Assembly (NCBI GenBank): GCA_000165425.1
Contig: CT867988.1
Location: 93,370 to 157,369 of the forward strand
Direction of reading: 5' to 3'
Length of the DNA: 64,000 bases
From: Paramecium tetraurelia
Lineage: Eukaryota
How positions within the stretch are numbered: the first letter of the stretch is position 1; every line of letters starts with the position of its first letter. The notes beneath the pieces are model-generated. The model was not told the DNA's origin. It ran no database searches and worked only from the letters and a program-made list of their open reading frames with translations. The translations under genes were made by a program, and so were the position numbers. Positions 11,576 through 25,512 of the stretch are shown one piece after another.

Positions 11576-13986
11576 TCAAACATAATCATAAAAATGTTGA
11601 AGCAGATCTAATAATTCGATCTCACCGTTTAAACACTTCAATGTAATGACTCTCGCCCTCTCCTATAGAGCCTCGGATCCAGGAGGTATGAGAAACTCAA
11701 CGTGGGTCGATTAATGTGGATTCAAAGTTTGGAATGCTTCTAAAGTAAGAGTTGTGGAATGACTATTTAAATAGATAAATATACTTTGATTGTTGAAATT
11801 GAAATTCACAACCAAAAAATAAATAAAGTAAGATGCATCCTATCGAATAAATGTCAGTTTTTTCAGTAAATAATGGCATCTCTTCTTCAATAACTTATTT
11901 GGCCATGTATTTAATATCCAAGTATTCTTTGTCAAATTGGAGATCGAAATCAATGAGCACTGGCACATGTGTACCTCCGTCGATTAGAATATTATTCGGA
12001 TGTAAATTGCAAAAGATCACCTCATGTTAATGCAGATAATAAATGGCATCTATTATTTACACTGCCATATGCCACTTCTCTTTTGTTGAAATCTTGTTCT
12101 TTTACAAGAAGGTTCTTAGATTATAATCGTATTTATAAGTTATGATGCGTATCTGTCCACTTACATCTTATTCCTATAAATCGTCTATATTGTATCCAAT
12201 TATAGTTCGTAGATTTTAGTGCTCCAAATTAGAAAACTTTTTCAGATACTTAAAGTATTAGTTTATCTGCTCATAATTCATGTAAGCCAAGGTCTTTATG
12301 GATATCAATTGTCCTTAATATTTCCCTAAACTCAATTAGCCATCTCGATTGCTTTTACTAATAAATTATATTTCAGAGATATCTTCAGATTATATCAAAT
12401 TTAATTTGGAATATCTGATCTTATTCTCTAAATCAATGAATCTCGATTTCTGCATTTGCTTCTCTTCTAATTATGGTAAAATTTGAGGTCCTTGGATTGT
12501 TCTATCAAAATTTACCCTCTTGTTCCCACTGTTAACATAAATACTTTAAGTTTATTTGATTGTATCTAGAACCTTCCTCTCTGGAGATTGATTGATAATT
12601 GATCTTCTCAATTCAATCTGACTTAATTGAATTTATTAAAAGTTGCCTCGAGATTGATCTAATTGCTACACTCTCTTCTAATCAAAGATTGCTTGAATCT
12701 GTTTGTTCTTGAATGTTACTTTATCTCTTTGCTTATCTAACCTCCTTCGAATTGAATAAAATTGCAATGTCCTAACCTACTTAAAATGCAAAATGTTTCG
12801 ATCATAATACTGCTTGCATTCTTCAAATAGGTTTTAATCAAGCAATTTCTAATACCCATCATGGTGTTGATGATGCAATTCCAACTTAGCCTAATAGAAC
12901 ATGTAAACAAACATGATAAAAGGACTCTCTGGCCATGGATTCTTTAGTAATTCCTTGGCCTTGCACAACATACAATTCTTTGACTTGTCCTTTTGTCTTT
13001 TACCCAATATGTAAAGGCTAATCAATGAATTTTGTGAGTCCACGAATTTAATCTCCTCCTCTTACAAATCTTGGTTCTTTAATGCCTTTGCTCGTTTTTG
13101 AAACAGTAATATCCTATGAATCATATATTGAGTTCCTCTGGTGTATAATTGTTCAATCACTTCAGCATAAGGGTTTGGCCTATGAAGAAAACTCAATTCG
13201 AAAACTATTTGACGAATTGAATTTAAATGTGTACTCTCAATTATCCCATAAAGGGAAATATTATATAAACACTATCTTTCTGTTAAAATTAAATGTATAC
13301 CTGATTTAAGTAGGGATCGGGATTTACCAGTTAGCTTTACTTATAAATAGTATCAGGACATTTGTCAGGATTTTTTGTTTATTAAGTGAATTGTTTGATT
13401 AGAAGGGGATAGGCATGTATTTTGGCACCCATTTATTCATAATTCATCAAAAGTGAATCATAATGTTGTTATGACTCATTCTCTCTGAAAAGATAGAGAG
13501 CCTAAAGAAAGTTGCTTAATTAATTTAAAGGAATATCAGGAGTGGGTGCTAATTCCTAGAGAGCCTCATTGTATTTTTCACATTCAATCTTTTTGAGTTA
13601 ATGTTTGATTTCATAAACCAATTCAATCAGTAAGTAATAGAGGCATTTGCAGCTAAAATTTCATAACTATTATTATTTACAAGGAAGCTAAAATCTTATT
13701 CTTATTTTTGTTATAATATTGCTCTAATTGGTGTGCACATAAGGGATCAGCAAAGAACTTGATACCGTGCATATAGTGAGATATGGCTTGGTTCATATTA
13801 GGTTAGACTTGAAATCCAATCTCAAGACAATAACCTTGAAGAAAACATCTATGCAAAATTGACATTTATTATATACATAAGCCCTGTTTAATGGTTTAAC
13901 CTTTTTTCCTTGTCTGTTAATGTTAGATTGTCAGTAATTTAAGATTTTAGTAATGAACTTACAAATTCTTTGATTTATGGTTCCAT
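11576..13986 (-). CDS. Sel1-like-repeat-containing protein with C-terminal pseudokinase domain
   Basis: N-terminal GYCLEIGFQVQPNMNQAISHY (Sel1-like). Kinase fold LISIKT ... DAIYYLHQHEVIFCNLHPNNILID...VLIDFD...KYMA...TEKTDIYSIGCIL. Confidence 0.72.
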
Positions 13987-14018
13987 ACTTAATAAAATTT
14001 ATTATTGAATTAATTAAA

Positions 14019-15211
14019 TCACATTTTCTTTTTAGTTTTTTCCCCTTTCTTTGGTTTTAATATGGAAGTTAATTTCTCTTCATTGACCTTTTATTCGATT
14101 ACTAGTTCTTTCAACGTTGAGGCTGGGTCCTTACTAACCATCACTTATTGAAAATTAGATTGGATGCTCTAACTATACTTCTTTAAATCATATCCAATCA
14201 CTGATAGTTTGTTTTTGAGTAGATGTGACTATTGATCCAATCCATTATCCATGTCTAGGATTTCCCTATACACTTTCAATGCATACTCTCGTTCCTTCTT
14301 CACATTTTGATCAATCAACTTTTGGAATTAGAACATATCTTCGTCAATCATTTTTTTCTTCCTCAACAGAATCTCAGAATCAAATAAGGCTTTTCTATCT
14401 AGATCTGTGTATTCCATCTTCTCCATTGAAATGAAGGTTTTCTTGTGGAAACTGAATTTTCCTTCTGTTATTTGGATACCTCCGAAAACATCAGCATAAT
14501 GAACCATCTTATAAACCATATACCTGCAATATTGATCTTACGATAATGAATTCTCATAAGCTTCTTCTCTCACCATAGGTACAAAATCAGAAGAAGCTCT
14601 TGCGATTTCTCCATTCAATATTAAAATCTCGATTCTTGCTAAATCAAATTCTGGGTATTTCGAATCAAAGGAATGCTTGAACTCGTAGTGCTATAATTCG
14701 TAGTTCTTATTAGAATTAAAATTTTGAATATACAAGATTTGTGACCAAATTGGATCTATTTTTCTCTTCATCATCAAAATAGTAAATTCCATATCAGTCA
14801 TCACTTGCATGTTGTCTATTATAATTCATTTGTACTATCTATATATTTGATTATGACAGCTAGAGAATCAGGGGGTCTCCTTTCGTTCAAGAACTGTTTT
14901 GTTTATTGAAATGTTGGCTTTTGGATAAATTTTATGAAACCTTCACTTTCATCATAATACGCGATAAACTTAATTTCTCCTTCATTGCAAACGCAAGTTT
15001 CAGGTATCCTTATCCTCACACTTCTGGTTAATTTATTTGGAGCCTATAATTTACGCAAGAGCAATCCCAAATCTTTATCTTGAATTTGTTGAATTGGTTT
15101 TTGGGGAGGCACTCTTTTTGGCATTATCTCTTCTCCATGAGTGATAGCGAATTCGCAAGGGTCACAATCACAAGAGAAATGATCCCTGGCATTTTAGGGA
15201 AAGTTTAACAT
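14019..15211 (-). CDS. Hypothetical protein (about 390 aa) with N-terminal CDCDPC motif
   Basis: MLNFPQNARDHFSCDCDPCEFAITHGEEIMPKRVPP...; includes the supplied ORF MVYKMVHYADVFGG; ends KPKKGEKTKKKM-TGA. Confidence 0.75.
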
Positions 15212-15518
15212 ATTTTTTATAATTAATTAATTACTCACACTCATTAATCTTACTTTCTGAGGTTTGATTAAACTTTAATAGATATAATTTAATCATTATA
15301 GACTATAAGTGATATACTATTATTGGATACTCATATAATTTGATTCATTAATGATAATAAGTATATTACTTCATTGAATTAAATTAAAATATCTAGGATC
15401 TAAATAATATATATTTCTTATTAAAAATAATTAATGATATTATTACTAAATAATACTAAAAATTACAATTCAAGAAATTCTTTAAATTTCAGTGAATTGG
15501 CATTATTAATAATAAAAT

Positions 15519-16497
15519 ATGCCTGCTTAAAAAATAATTATACGTTCATCCAGTTCTAATAAAAACTCGAATTCATCCAAAGGGTTCAATTACACTTAAT
15601 CTAAAGTATTATGGAATTTTATGATAGGTTTTTGAGAAGTTGGTGAATCATCAAAAAAATCGATATAGTCAGGAGGATGACAAATATTAACAATATTTTG
15701 ATCATCTTGGAGGTAATTGATGGTGTTTACTAGAATAGGATAATGCTTGTGTACCTTATGTAATTGTGGGAAACATCATTGCAATGGGAAAAATTGTCTC
15801 AACAAGCCGAATCTCCATCTTAATAAATCTATATATTAATAAGAATTTGTGCAAAAAAACCCTGGCCAATGCTCGCATTACAACTAAAACCTATACTTAA
15901 ACCCCAAATAGGAAGGGGAAATAAAAAGAGTTACAACTTATAAAGTATGTTGATAATCATCAAATTAGCATGATTATCCAGGATATTTATCAAGTGTGCA
16001 ATTACAAAAAGGACCTAAATCTAACAATACGAATTTTGGATCTTTTTCGGGAATGTCTACATACAATAATATGTTTAAAAATTGGGGAGTGGGAGACACA
16101 CCATAATTGATGCCTCAAAACAATCCAACCATAATTTAAAATCTTCCCTTTTCAGGCAGAAGCAATTACAGAGATCAATTTTAAGAATTCAATGTTGAAC
16201 CTGCTAAAAGCACAAAAGGACTCTATTAGCAAAAGTATCACATTAGCATAACCACTTAGATCGCCCCTGTCCCCACCAGATATCAAATTTACAGCAACCT
16301 CAATAGCCAAGTCCTCCTATATACCAATTGAAACTGAAAGAGCATAGCAATAACAAGCCAAAAAACTTCAATTATAACCTCTCAATCCATCTTACAGAGG
16401 ATAATATAATACTATGTATTGCAAAGAATTTGATTCCAAATTCCCAAGACCTTGTCCTGCTAAAGAAGTTCTTGATGAAGTTGAAAAATAAATTTGA
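15519..16497 (+). CDS. SAXO/FAM154 (STOP/MAP6-domain) microtubule-stabilising protein
   Basis: CLCTLCNCGKHHC motif followed by Mn-like repeats (SIYQQEF, TTYKVC, STYNNMFKNW, SNYRDQF); 3 introns. Confidence 0.75.
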
Positions 16498-16533
16498 TTC
16501 TTATAGTAATATATTTTGAAAAATATATTTATA

Positions 16534-18226
16534 ATGTCTAAACAAGCAAATCGTCTCCCAGATTTAGACAACCACAGTTTTAGAGACTCTAGATAAATCC
16601 AAGAATTGAGAAGGAAACTAGACGAACAAAAAGAAGCTTTAAAAGAACTGGTTAGTCTAGTCAAAGAATCCAAGACGGAATCCTTAAAACCAAAATTTAC
16701 CCCTTAGTTCCGATTGCCTAAATCCGAACAAGAATAAATTACATTTGATCTTTTAGAAGAAGTGAAAACTCTAAGAAGATAGATAAATAACATTGAATCT
16801 GGACCAAAAAGCAATCCCATATAAAATCCTATTATAATACCCCAATATCTACCAACCCCTTAACAACCTCTATTATAACCTTTGCCTCCTTACATGTATA
16901 TGAACCCTTATTTTCAAATGCCTTAACCATTTATGCATTAGCAACCTTAGAATCAAGCACCTAAAAAAAAAGTAGATCCCTATAAAAAGTTAGTTCTAAA
17001 GATATTATAAAAAGGGGAAAAATAAAATCATCGGAGTAGAAGAGACTCGAATTAAAGTGATTATTCAGAGGATTCAAATGATCGCCCAAACTCTAGACCG
17101 AACAGACATCGTTCACAAAGAGATAAATCAAAGGATAAAGCTCGTGATTTGTCATATTAACATAAAACAAGTAAAGGATCTCTGCATGATAGTTATGTGA
17201 GCAAATACACTAGATCATCAGTTAAAATAAAAACAAAGAAGCCTAAGGAATTTACACAGGTAGAGAAGTTGCAATTGAGAAGAAAACTTAGTGGAACATT
17301 TTGGTTTATACGGATTGGATTGGTCTTAAGGAAGTATCTAAGAAGAGTATGGTTAAATAGAAGACAACAATATTATGAAAATGAAGCATAATAACTAATA
17401 GATAAATTTGATCATGAATTTGTAATCAATAATAAAATTTAGATAGAACCATAAAGAAGTATTCATATTGCTTGTTGCTGAATGTAATAAAAATAGATTA
17501 TTTAACAAAAACTGGAATATTTATGATAATAGAGATATTGAAACAAAATCTAAAATAGTTTTTTAAATACTTACCATCTTATTTAAAAAACTACCATTTT
17601 TGACCAAGAATTCATTAAGCGAAGAGCATAAGTAATTTGTAAAGAAAATCTCATCTCCAGGGGGATTCTTATTACCAGGACATCCTAAATTTGTAACTGA
17701 TAGAGTGTAATTGAGACCAAATGTTACTATTGGGTAATAATTTCATTTATTTAGAGATAAATTAATGCTGAAGTAACTAAAATGATTTAAATGGATTATG
17801 TTTATATATAGGTCATTGTGCAAAAGGTTTTACTTATTCACGAATGGTATTCATAATTCAATAAAATCCCAAATCACAAAGAAGCCATGAAAATATTGGT
17901 TTCAGTTTTGCATTAATTGTTTATTGATTAATTTAGTACTCTGAAAGTTTATGAGAATAATGACGCCATTTATAATGTAATTAGAATATTTATTTTCATA
18001 GAAATAATAAGTAGTTTTTTGTGACTTTACGTAATTCAATTATGTGGATATTGCTATCACTATTGATGATAAGCACTTTAAATACGAAGTGACTACAGAT
18101 TGCTGCATTTTAGGATTAGCTACTAAGGAAGAATTGCAATAATTATATGATCAAGCTGGTTATAAGGATTTATAGACTACGTTCAAAGAGTATTGTGATT
18201 ATTTTTATTCATAAATTAACTTTTGA
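16534..18226 (+). CDS. Hypothetical protein with coiled-coil and Pro/Gln-rich segment
   Basis: MSKQANRLPDLDNHSFRDSRQIQELRRKLDEQKEALKEL...; PQYLPTPQQPLLQPLPPYMYMNPY; short introns; ends FYSQINF-TGA. Confidence 0.7.
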
Positions 18227-18288
18227 ATTTTATTGGAATTTCAGATGGTTCTTGCATACGTAATTATAATAATTAAATTATAATAGTG

Positions 18289-19747
18289 ATGAAATTGTTA
18301 GACGACACTTTAGACTCTAAGAGCACTGATGTTTACTATGAATCAAGCAGCCGATATTTATAATTAACACTGTTTTTAGGAGCTCTAGTTTCTAATATAA
18401 TGTTTGGATTTTCATTATCTCCAATCACTAAAGAAATTTCAACTATTTATGGAGTTTCCTAAACGTAAAACATATGATAGAGAACTTAGGTGGCTCTAAT
18501 TGTTAAGTGTGAGCTTTACCCTATTCTCAGCAATTATGATCATCCCAGGGAATATTTTAAGCGAAAAATACGGAATATAATATAATATAAAATTGGGTAT
18601 ATATGGTATATAAATCTTGAGGTTGTCTTCTGACATTTATTGGATCCCTAATGGCTTTGCTAGTTAATTACTCATTCTGGTGGCTCTATTTTGGAGAACT
18701 AGTATCTTTGGTTGGATTTCCTTTTCGTTTGATTTCTGCATCCAAATTTACAGCCAATTGGTTTTACCCAAAAAACAGGATTATTATAATGGTTATCATC
18801 GCTCTTCTTTTTAATTCAAGTACTGGAATCTCTATCAAAATACCGCTATTTATATTTGGTGACTATAACGTAGAATTAGATGCCTTGAATGATTACTCTT
18901 AGGGTAGAACATATGTATTTTAACTGATGGCCTTCTTGGCAGGAATTATGTTTATTACAACAGTTCCGGCTTTAATATTCTTCAAGGCCAAACCCAAGCA
19001 TCCTCCTTCATATAGTGCATCTGAAGTAAACAAAGAAACTTAAATTCTAGCAATGCGTTAGGGAAAATTATACAAAAGCAGCCAAGATGTTGATAAAAAA
19101 TTCTGATTATTTAAAATTAGCATTTGCTTTTTCATTAATCTTGGGACCTGTTTTATTACTCACAGTGCAAATGGAATTTGTTGTGAAACCTTTTGGGTAT
19201 AATTTGGAATAAATCTCAAATGTTATTCTTGTAGGTGTGATTGCAGGACTGATAGGAGATGTGGTTGTTGGATCATTTGTAAAAAAGTTAGGAAAATATA
19301 AAATAGTGTTATAAATTTGTAATGCTACTACTACTTTTTTTTATGGATTCCTTATTTTAAGTCTTGTTCTAAAAGTTCATTGGCTATTTTACGTATGTTA
19401 CTTCTTTGTTTGTCTGTGTTCAAGTATTTTGGCATTGACATTTGAATTTTCATGTGAAATTAGTTTCCCTGTCAGTGAAACCTCCACTATTGCATATTTA
19501 GGGTTAATTGGAAATGGATTTAACTTTTTATAAGCTATTCCTGAAATTCTTATACTCCAAGTAAATCTATAAGGAATTTTAGGTCGGTAAAGAGAGCACC
19601 TCTATAATTACTTTGATTATTATGTTTGGAATTGGAGTGTTTGGTAATTTTGTTTCCTACTCTATCAATGAAAAGTTAAAGAGACAATAAGTGGATAATC
19701 TTCATGATACGAAGTAAAATTTAGAATCACAATATGATACTGATTGA
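18289..19747 (+). CDS. MFS transporter, SLC49/FLVCR-like
   Basis: Multiple hydrophobic helices; SKFTANWFYPKNR; FKAKPKHPPSYSA; FEFSCEISFPVSE motifs typical of the FLVCR/SLC49 group. Confidence 0.82.
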
Positions 19748-19882
19748 ATTAATTTGTACATAAATATATAAATTATTTAAACATCTCTATAAATATATAT
19801 TATTACTTTCATTTTTATTATATATTAAATGAGATTGTATATAATTTTATAATGATTCACTCAATTCTAATACATTCCAGTT

Positions 19883-20233
19883 TCAACTTAATTTAAGGGA
19901 AGATAGTGAAATATTGAATGATTTTAGATAGAGTTTCCTTTTTGCATATAAATGAATCACTCTCTATTTAAATATTGAGGAACTTGTTTATGACTTAAAT
20001 TCCTCTTATGAGACTTCTGGTATTATTACCTTCTTTTTAAGATGAGGTTCAGGTGTGTTCAACATTTTACGCTCAACGTTCTTACGAACCAATTCCTTTA
20101 GACTAATTACATTATGTTTAAATTCCTTCTTTTGAGGATGTTCATCTCGGATTTCAGGAATGGTTGAAATCCTTGAAACTCCTATGCTTCGAGTCGGTTG
20201 TCTATTGGAGTTAGAGATCTTATATTTTTTCAT
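19883..20233 (-). CDS. Hypothetical basic protein (about 116 aa)
   Basis: Supplied ORF MKKYKISNSNRQ... continues through TAA=Gln to TGA at 19883-19885. Confidence 0.55.
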
Positions 20234-20269
20234 TAAAGGTTACCCTTCAATAATTAAAATCATAAAATA

Positions 20270-20593
20270 ATGAATAAATATTAGTCCTTGTAAAAATATT
20301 TCCCATATTAATAGTTCTAATCCTGCTTATGAACCAATTCAGACACCTGCAACAACGTATCTTTAGACTCATATTTTAGAAAATACGACACAGTTTTTTC
20401 ACCTTTGGTCTAAAACACTAATTCCAATGAAAATATCAATTAGCTAAAATAAGAATCTAATCAAAATAATCCCATACGAAAAAGTGCTTAATTTGGTAGT
20501 GAAGTAAGACATAGTGCCAGAAGTTCATTGAGTGAAAAGGAATTGAGAGACATTGTAAAACATAAACGATATGTCGCTTGCAATATATTTTGA
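20270..20593 (+). CDS. Small protein ending in CaaX box (CNIF); 2 introns
   Basis: MNKYQSFSNPAYEPIQTPATTKYDTVFSPL...KHKRYVACNIF-TGA after removing two canonical 23-25 nt introns. Confidence 0.65.
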
Positions 20594-20902
20594 ATCCATT
20601 AATGAAATGATTAAATACATATAAGTTGATTTGATAGACTAAACTAGATGCAAGCTGTTCTCATTTTTTTTCTCCTACAGAGTCCAAAATTATATACATA
20701 TTTTTTCTATGAAAAATATCATTCTTTTTCCAAAGTGCAAATTAGCAACTATTTGAGAAACTTAAAAAAATTAGATATTACCTGAGAGAACTTTAATTTT
20801 ATCAAATTGTACCATTTAACTAACTTACAACTTATAATGTATGAGAATAATTTCATGAAAAATAATATAAATACAAATAAATATATAATAGCATTTCATG
20901 AT

Positions 20903-22693
20903 TCATTTTTTGATTAAACTTTTATAGTAAGCTTACTTTAGCATCGACCACTAGTCATAATCATTCACAATTTTGTCAACATCAAAATCATCAAATTCTG
21001 ACTATGATAAACTTAGTTCTTTTAATTGATGTTAAAATCCATCTGGCAAAGTCTCAAATTCCATGCTATCAATCGAATATAATTCTACTACAGGAGTCAA
21101 AGCAATCAAACTAACCAAAGCTAATTTATCTTTCTTGTATCTATTTGTAGTTATGATCTCTTGTTGAGTTAGAAGACTTGATCCTCCAAAGAAGTCTCCT
21201 ACTTCTAAACTTTTGATATCAATATGAATATTCATTTCCATGAAGGGGTGACCGTGTTTGCTCATCTTCAGGATTTTACCACAATGATCAATATTTTTAC
21301 TAGTTTTTACAACTGAACTTTCTTCTGAAAAATCATATAATTCTATTTGATTTGATTAGGTCAAGTAATTATATAATTCTCTTTACTTTCTAGTACAGAC
21401 AGTTACTTTAACTCTTCCTGACTTTACAAAATAACAATGCCTGATTTCTTAATTGGCTTATATAATTAAATCTCCAAATTTATATTCATGATAATGTAGG
21501 ATTGCAGCCAAAGGTCTTAAATCTTTATTCATTCCAAGAATCTTAATCTTTTGTAGTAATTCAATCTTCTCTCTCATCTCCTCATCAATTGCATATGTTA
21601 ATACATTATCATATATTTCTCTGCTAATTTCAATTACAACAGTTTTCTCTTATGAGTATATTTCACTCTTCACATATTATTATAAATTTGCTTCTGATAG
21701 ATTATTCATATTTTTAATATCCTCTATCTTTTTTTCAATTAGTAAATTATCAACATTTATATGGTATCCATCATATATTGATCTGATAACCATTCTCCCT
21801 AAAATGTCTTGATCTTTACTGAATGAAGTCATCACAACCTTGCAAGATCCCAAAACTATGACAAATACCTTATCACAATTAATTTCGTTGGATAGTACAA
21901 GTTCATCAGGTTAATATTCTCTTAATTAGCATTATTGGATGATAATTTTTCTAATTATCTCATTAAATCTTGATAAAAATTTGTTTTTTGAAAAAATGGG
22001 TTCTAACCTCAAAATATCTCTATTTATAGGCTATTTAGACAATTCTCTCTTTAATACTAAGATCTCGTCATTATTTATTCTAGTATTAATTGGCCTTTAA
22101 TTATTCTTCATTACAATACCTTTGCTGAATTTCACTCTACTATCTTTTCTAGTCTCATTTTATTAGGAAATATTTTTTGATTTCACTGCCTGCATTTCAA
22201 AGAAGGTCTCAAATAAGGATTCCCACCTTTTATCCCATTCTTAATGTAAACTTGGGTATCCCAAACATTCCTATTCAAGGATGGGATCTTTTTTTATTGG
22301 TTGAAGTTAGAATGTTTCCTCACATATAGAATCTAATTTTTTTTTTGTAATTGGCGAGGATATACTTTCTTCAAATGAGGATTTATGCAATATTTTCCTT
22401 CCAGTCACGGATTGTCTTTTAATGATATAAGCCATTTTCAGATCAAATGGGATTTCATTGTGCTATGTTTTTTATCTCCTTCTTTATTACATAAGATATG
22501 TGTATTCTATATCTCGTTTCGCTTTTAAATACTATTGATGAGTTTATGGTAATAATTGTTCTCTATTTCTTTTTTTAGATGGTTCAAATTGACTGACTTC
22601 AGGATAACTATGCTCAGTCTTGGCTCTCTTTGATTTAGATAGTAAAGACTTTCTTGTGGTAGATTGTGTAGAAGGAGTGTCGACTTGTTTCAT
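20903..22693 (-). CDS. Soluble cyclic-nucleotide-binding-domain protein (two CNBDs)
   Basis: MKQVDTPSTQSTTRK...; DKVFVIVLGSCKV...QDILGE and FGDLIYKANQEIRHCYFVKSGRVK...LEVGDFFGG; no TM segments seen. Confidence 0.75.
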
Positions 22694-23153
22694 TTAAAAA
22701 ACACTCTTTTTTCTCAACGAATTCATTAATAAACAAAAATATAAAAAACTTAAATTAGAAATATTAAGTGACTTTAAATCTAAGTGTGTAAATCCAAAAC
22801 TATACCCATACTCTTTATGATCCTATCATATTAAATCAATTTAGGAAATCTAAATTTGAATAAATTTATGATACCATTTTCTAATCCTTTTTATATAGTA
22901 GATCAATTATTATACAAATGTTATTTATATCAATATTTATATATAATTCAGTCTTAAAGATTTGATAACACAGAAGAGGCAAGCATGATAAATATAAGTT
23001 ATGATTTTTTTGGTTTTGAATACAAATCTAACATCTATCAAAGGTTTATGTTGGGTAAAGTAAGAACCTAATTTATTGTTTAATAAGATCCTCTTTTTTA
23101 GATTTTAATGAAATCTAAAATGATTTTATTGATGTTAAGAAATGATAAATAAT

Positions 23154-23612
23154 ATGAATCAACTTTTATATTTTAATGATATACAAGAGATGTAATTTTA
23201 TGCTAAAAGAAATCAACTATCATTATTCGTATACAAGAAGGCAATTTATGATCTGACTGATTTCATCACATAGCATCCTGGAGGGTAAATGGAGATTAGG
23301 CAATATGAAAATTAGGATGTCTCTAATGTTTTATTTCAGAAGTCTATTCACAAGCACAAACCATACGTGATTGCTACACTATAAAACTACTTAATTGGTT
23401 ATATAGAAAGACGTAATGAGCCAGTAGTCAGACTAAAATCATCTTAGTTGATAATTGAAAAGACTAGAAAAATATTACAAGACAGCACTATACCTCAATA
23501 ATAATAATAATGCGAAGATATTCCAGAGGACTGTTCGATTGAAGAGATGCCTATTCTTCAGACAAACAAAAAACTATTTCATTCTTAAAAATCAATTTAA
23601 ATATAGAAATGA
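23154..23612 (+). CDS. Cytochrome b5-like heme-binding domain protein
   Basis: VYKKAIYDLTDFITQHPGGQMEIRQYENQDVS...HKH...YLIGYI; an alternative in-frame ATG lies at 23142. Confidence 0.8.
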
Positions 23613-23855
23613 CTTTAGGCATTGTAATATGAATTAATTTATTATCATTTGAAATACTAAAATATTTATCTATCTAAAAATAAATCAGAAGCAAATATAA
23701 TTAGTGATCATAGTATTCTTGGTTAAACCGAAATACAAATAAAATTTATTACAAAAAAAATGTATAAAAATTATTAAGTTACTGAGTTAATAAATGTTTG
23801 ATCTCAGAAAGCTAACTATAATTCAACAATGAACATAACATAAAGAATATTGGGT

Positions 23856-25052
23856 TCAAAACTCTCCATGATTGACAGAAAAGCCTTCAAAGTTCTCTTC
23901 GGTCTGTGCTTCTTAAGACTAAGGGGTTTCAAGAATCTTTTTAGGAGCTGCTACCTCTATTGTGGTTTGACATGGTTGAGGAGTCAATCCTAGAAGTGGG
24001 GATTTAGTTTTTAGATTAGCCACGTCATCCCAATTGATATTTCTAAAAAAAGCATGATCCTTTATATCCTAGGTAGATTTATGACCTTAACTTAATTTCA
24101 GAAATTACCCAATCTCTAGTCTGGATTTTTGTTTAACAATTTTAATATAATGTCCTAAGACTCTTCATTTAAATAGTCTGGGAATTCTATAGCACCTTCG
24201 GCTATTTTTTTTTCAACATTTCTGGTATTGTTTGCTTCGTCTCTAAAGGGCGTTCTTCCAGTCAGCATTTCATAAATGAAGATTCCTAAACACCACAAAT
24301 CAACAGTGTGATTATGGCCAGAATTGCTTATAATTTCAGGTGCCAGATACTCAGGAGTACCTGCGATCTAAACTAACGATAAGATCATATTTAAGTACGG
24401 TAAAGAATTTCATGCTATCGGATTCGTATTGTTTGGACAATCCAAAATCGGTTAATTTTAGATGTCCATCATCAGTGACTAAAACGTTCTCTGGTTTCAA
24501 ATCTCTATAAATAACCTTAAGCTTATCATGCAAGTATTCAAGACCAAGTACTACTTCTGCAGTACAAAACTGTGCTTGATGCAATGAAAATCGCTTGTAC
24601 GGTTATTTATTTATTATCTTCAACAACTAGCCACCATTTACTAAACTTTTATTTAAATACGTAATAATACTCCATGACTAAGTATAGTTTGTTTTCAGTT
24701 TGGAAAGAGTACTGTAGTCTGATCACAAATGGATTGTTACTATATTCTAAAACTTTCTTTTCTAACATTGTATTTTCAACAAGTCCATAATTTATGATGT
24801 CCTATTTCTTGATAGCCTTCATAGCATATTCTTTTTGGTTGAGTTTCATTTTAACTTTAAGTACTTTACCAAATTAACCCTTAAATTTATATTAAATAAA
24901 ACCCTCCCAATCACTCCTTGGCTTAAAAACTCTTTTAAACTAATTTTCCCTCCCTCTGAATCTTGCAAATCCTAACTAATTCTACTCTCTATTTTGGTTA
25001 TTCTTTTTAATGAGGAATTATGGGTTTCCTCTTAATTGAAACAATTTCCCAT
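23856..25052 (-). CDS. AGC-family Ser/Thr kinase (S6K/Akt/RSK-like) with N-terminal MGNC lipidation motif
   Basis: [46 protein letters not shown]-terminal hydrophobic motif NFEGFS. Confidence 0.92.
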
Positions 25053-25084
25053 ATTTAATAAAAAATTAAATCCTTTTTTAAAAT

Positions 25085-25512
25085 ATGTCTCAAAAGTTCA
25101 AAGTGAGAAAGCTCAGAGAATAAAAGCCAGAAGATCTCCTAAAGGATTTAGAAAAACTCAAGGGTGAGCTCATTTAATTGAGAACAGTTAAAGTTTCAGC
25201 AGGTAATGCTTAAAAACTCGGCAGAATCGGAGTAAGATCATAATTAATATAATTCAGCTTGTGAGAAAGAGAATTGCAAAATATTTAACAGTCATCAATG
25301 AATAAAGAAGAAATTAGGTTAAATCAACAACAAAGCATGCTTCAAATCTTCCAGTCGATCTTAGAGGAAAGAAAACCAGAGCAATTAGATAAAGATTAAC
25401 TAGAAGTGAGAAAGGTAATGTTTGCCACCATATATTTCTAGCTCAAAAGACACAGAGATAATGGAAAAAATTAAATAATTTCCCCTTGAGAAAGTTTGCT
25501 TTAAAGGAATGA
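25085..25512 (+). CDS. RPL35: 60S ribosomal protein L35 (uL29); 2 introns
   Basis: KVRKLREQKPEDLLKDLEKLKGELIQLRTVK...VRKRIAKYLTVIN...PVDLRGKKTRAIR...FPLRKFALKE. Confidence 0.95.

Noticed and set aside
23497..23511. (TAA)n microsatellite-like runs here and near 61535
   Set aside because: Poly-Gln codons within coding sequence, not independent repeats or CRISPR-like arrays.
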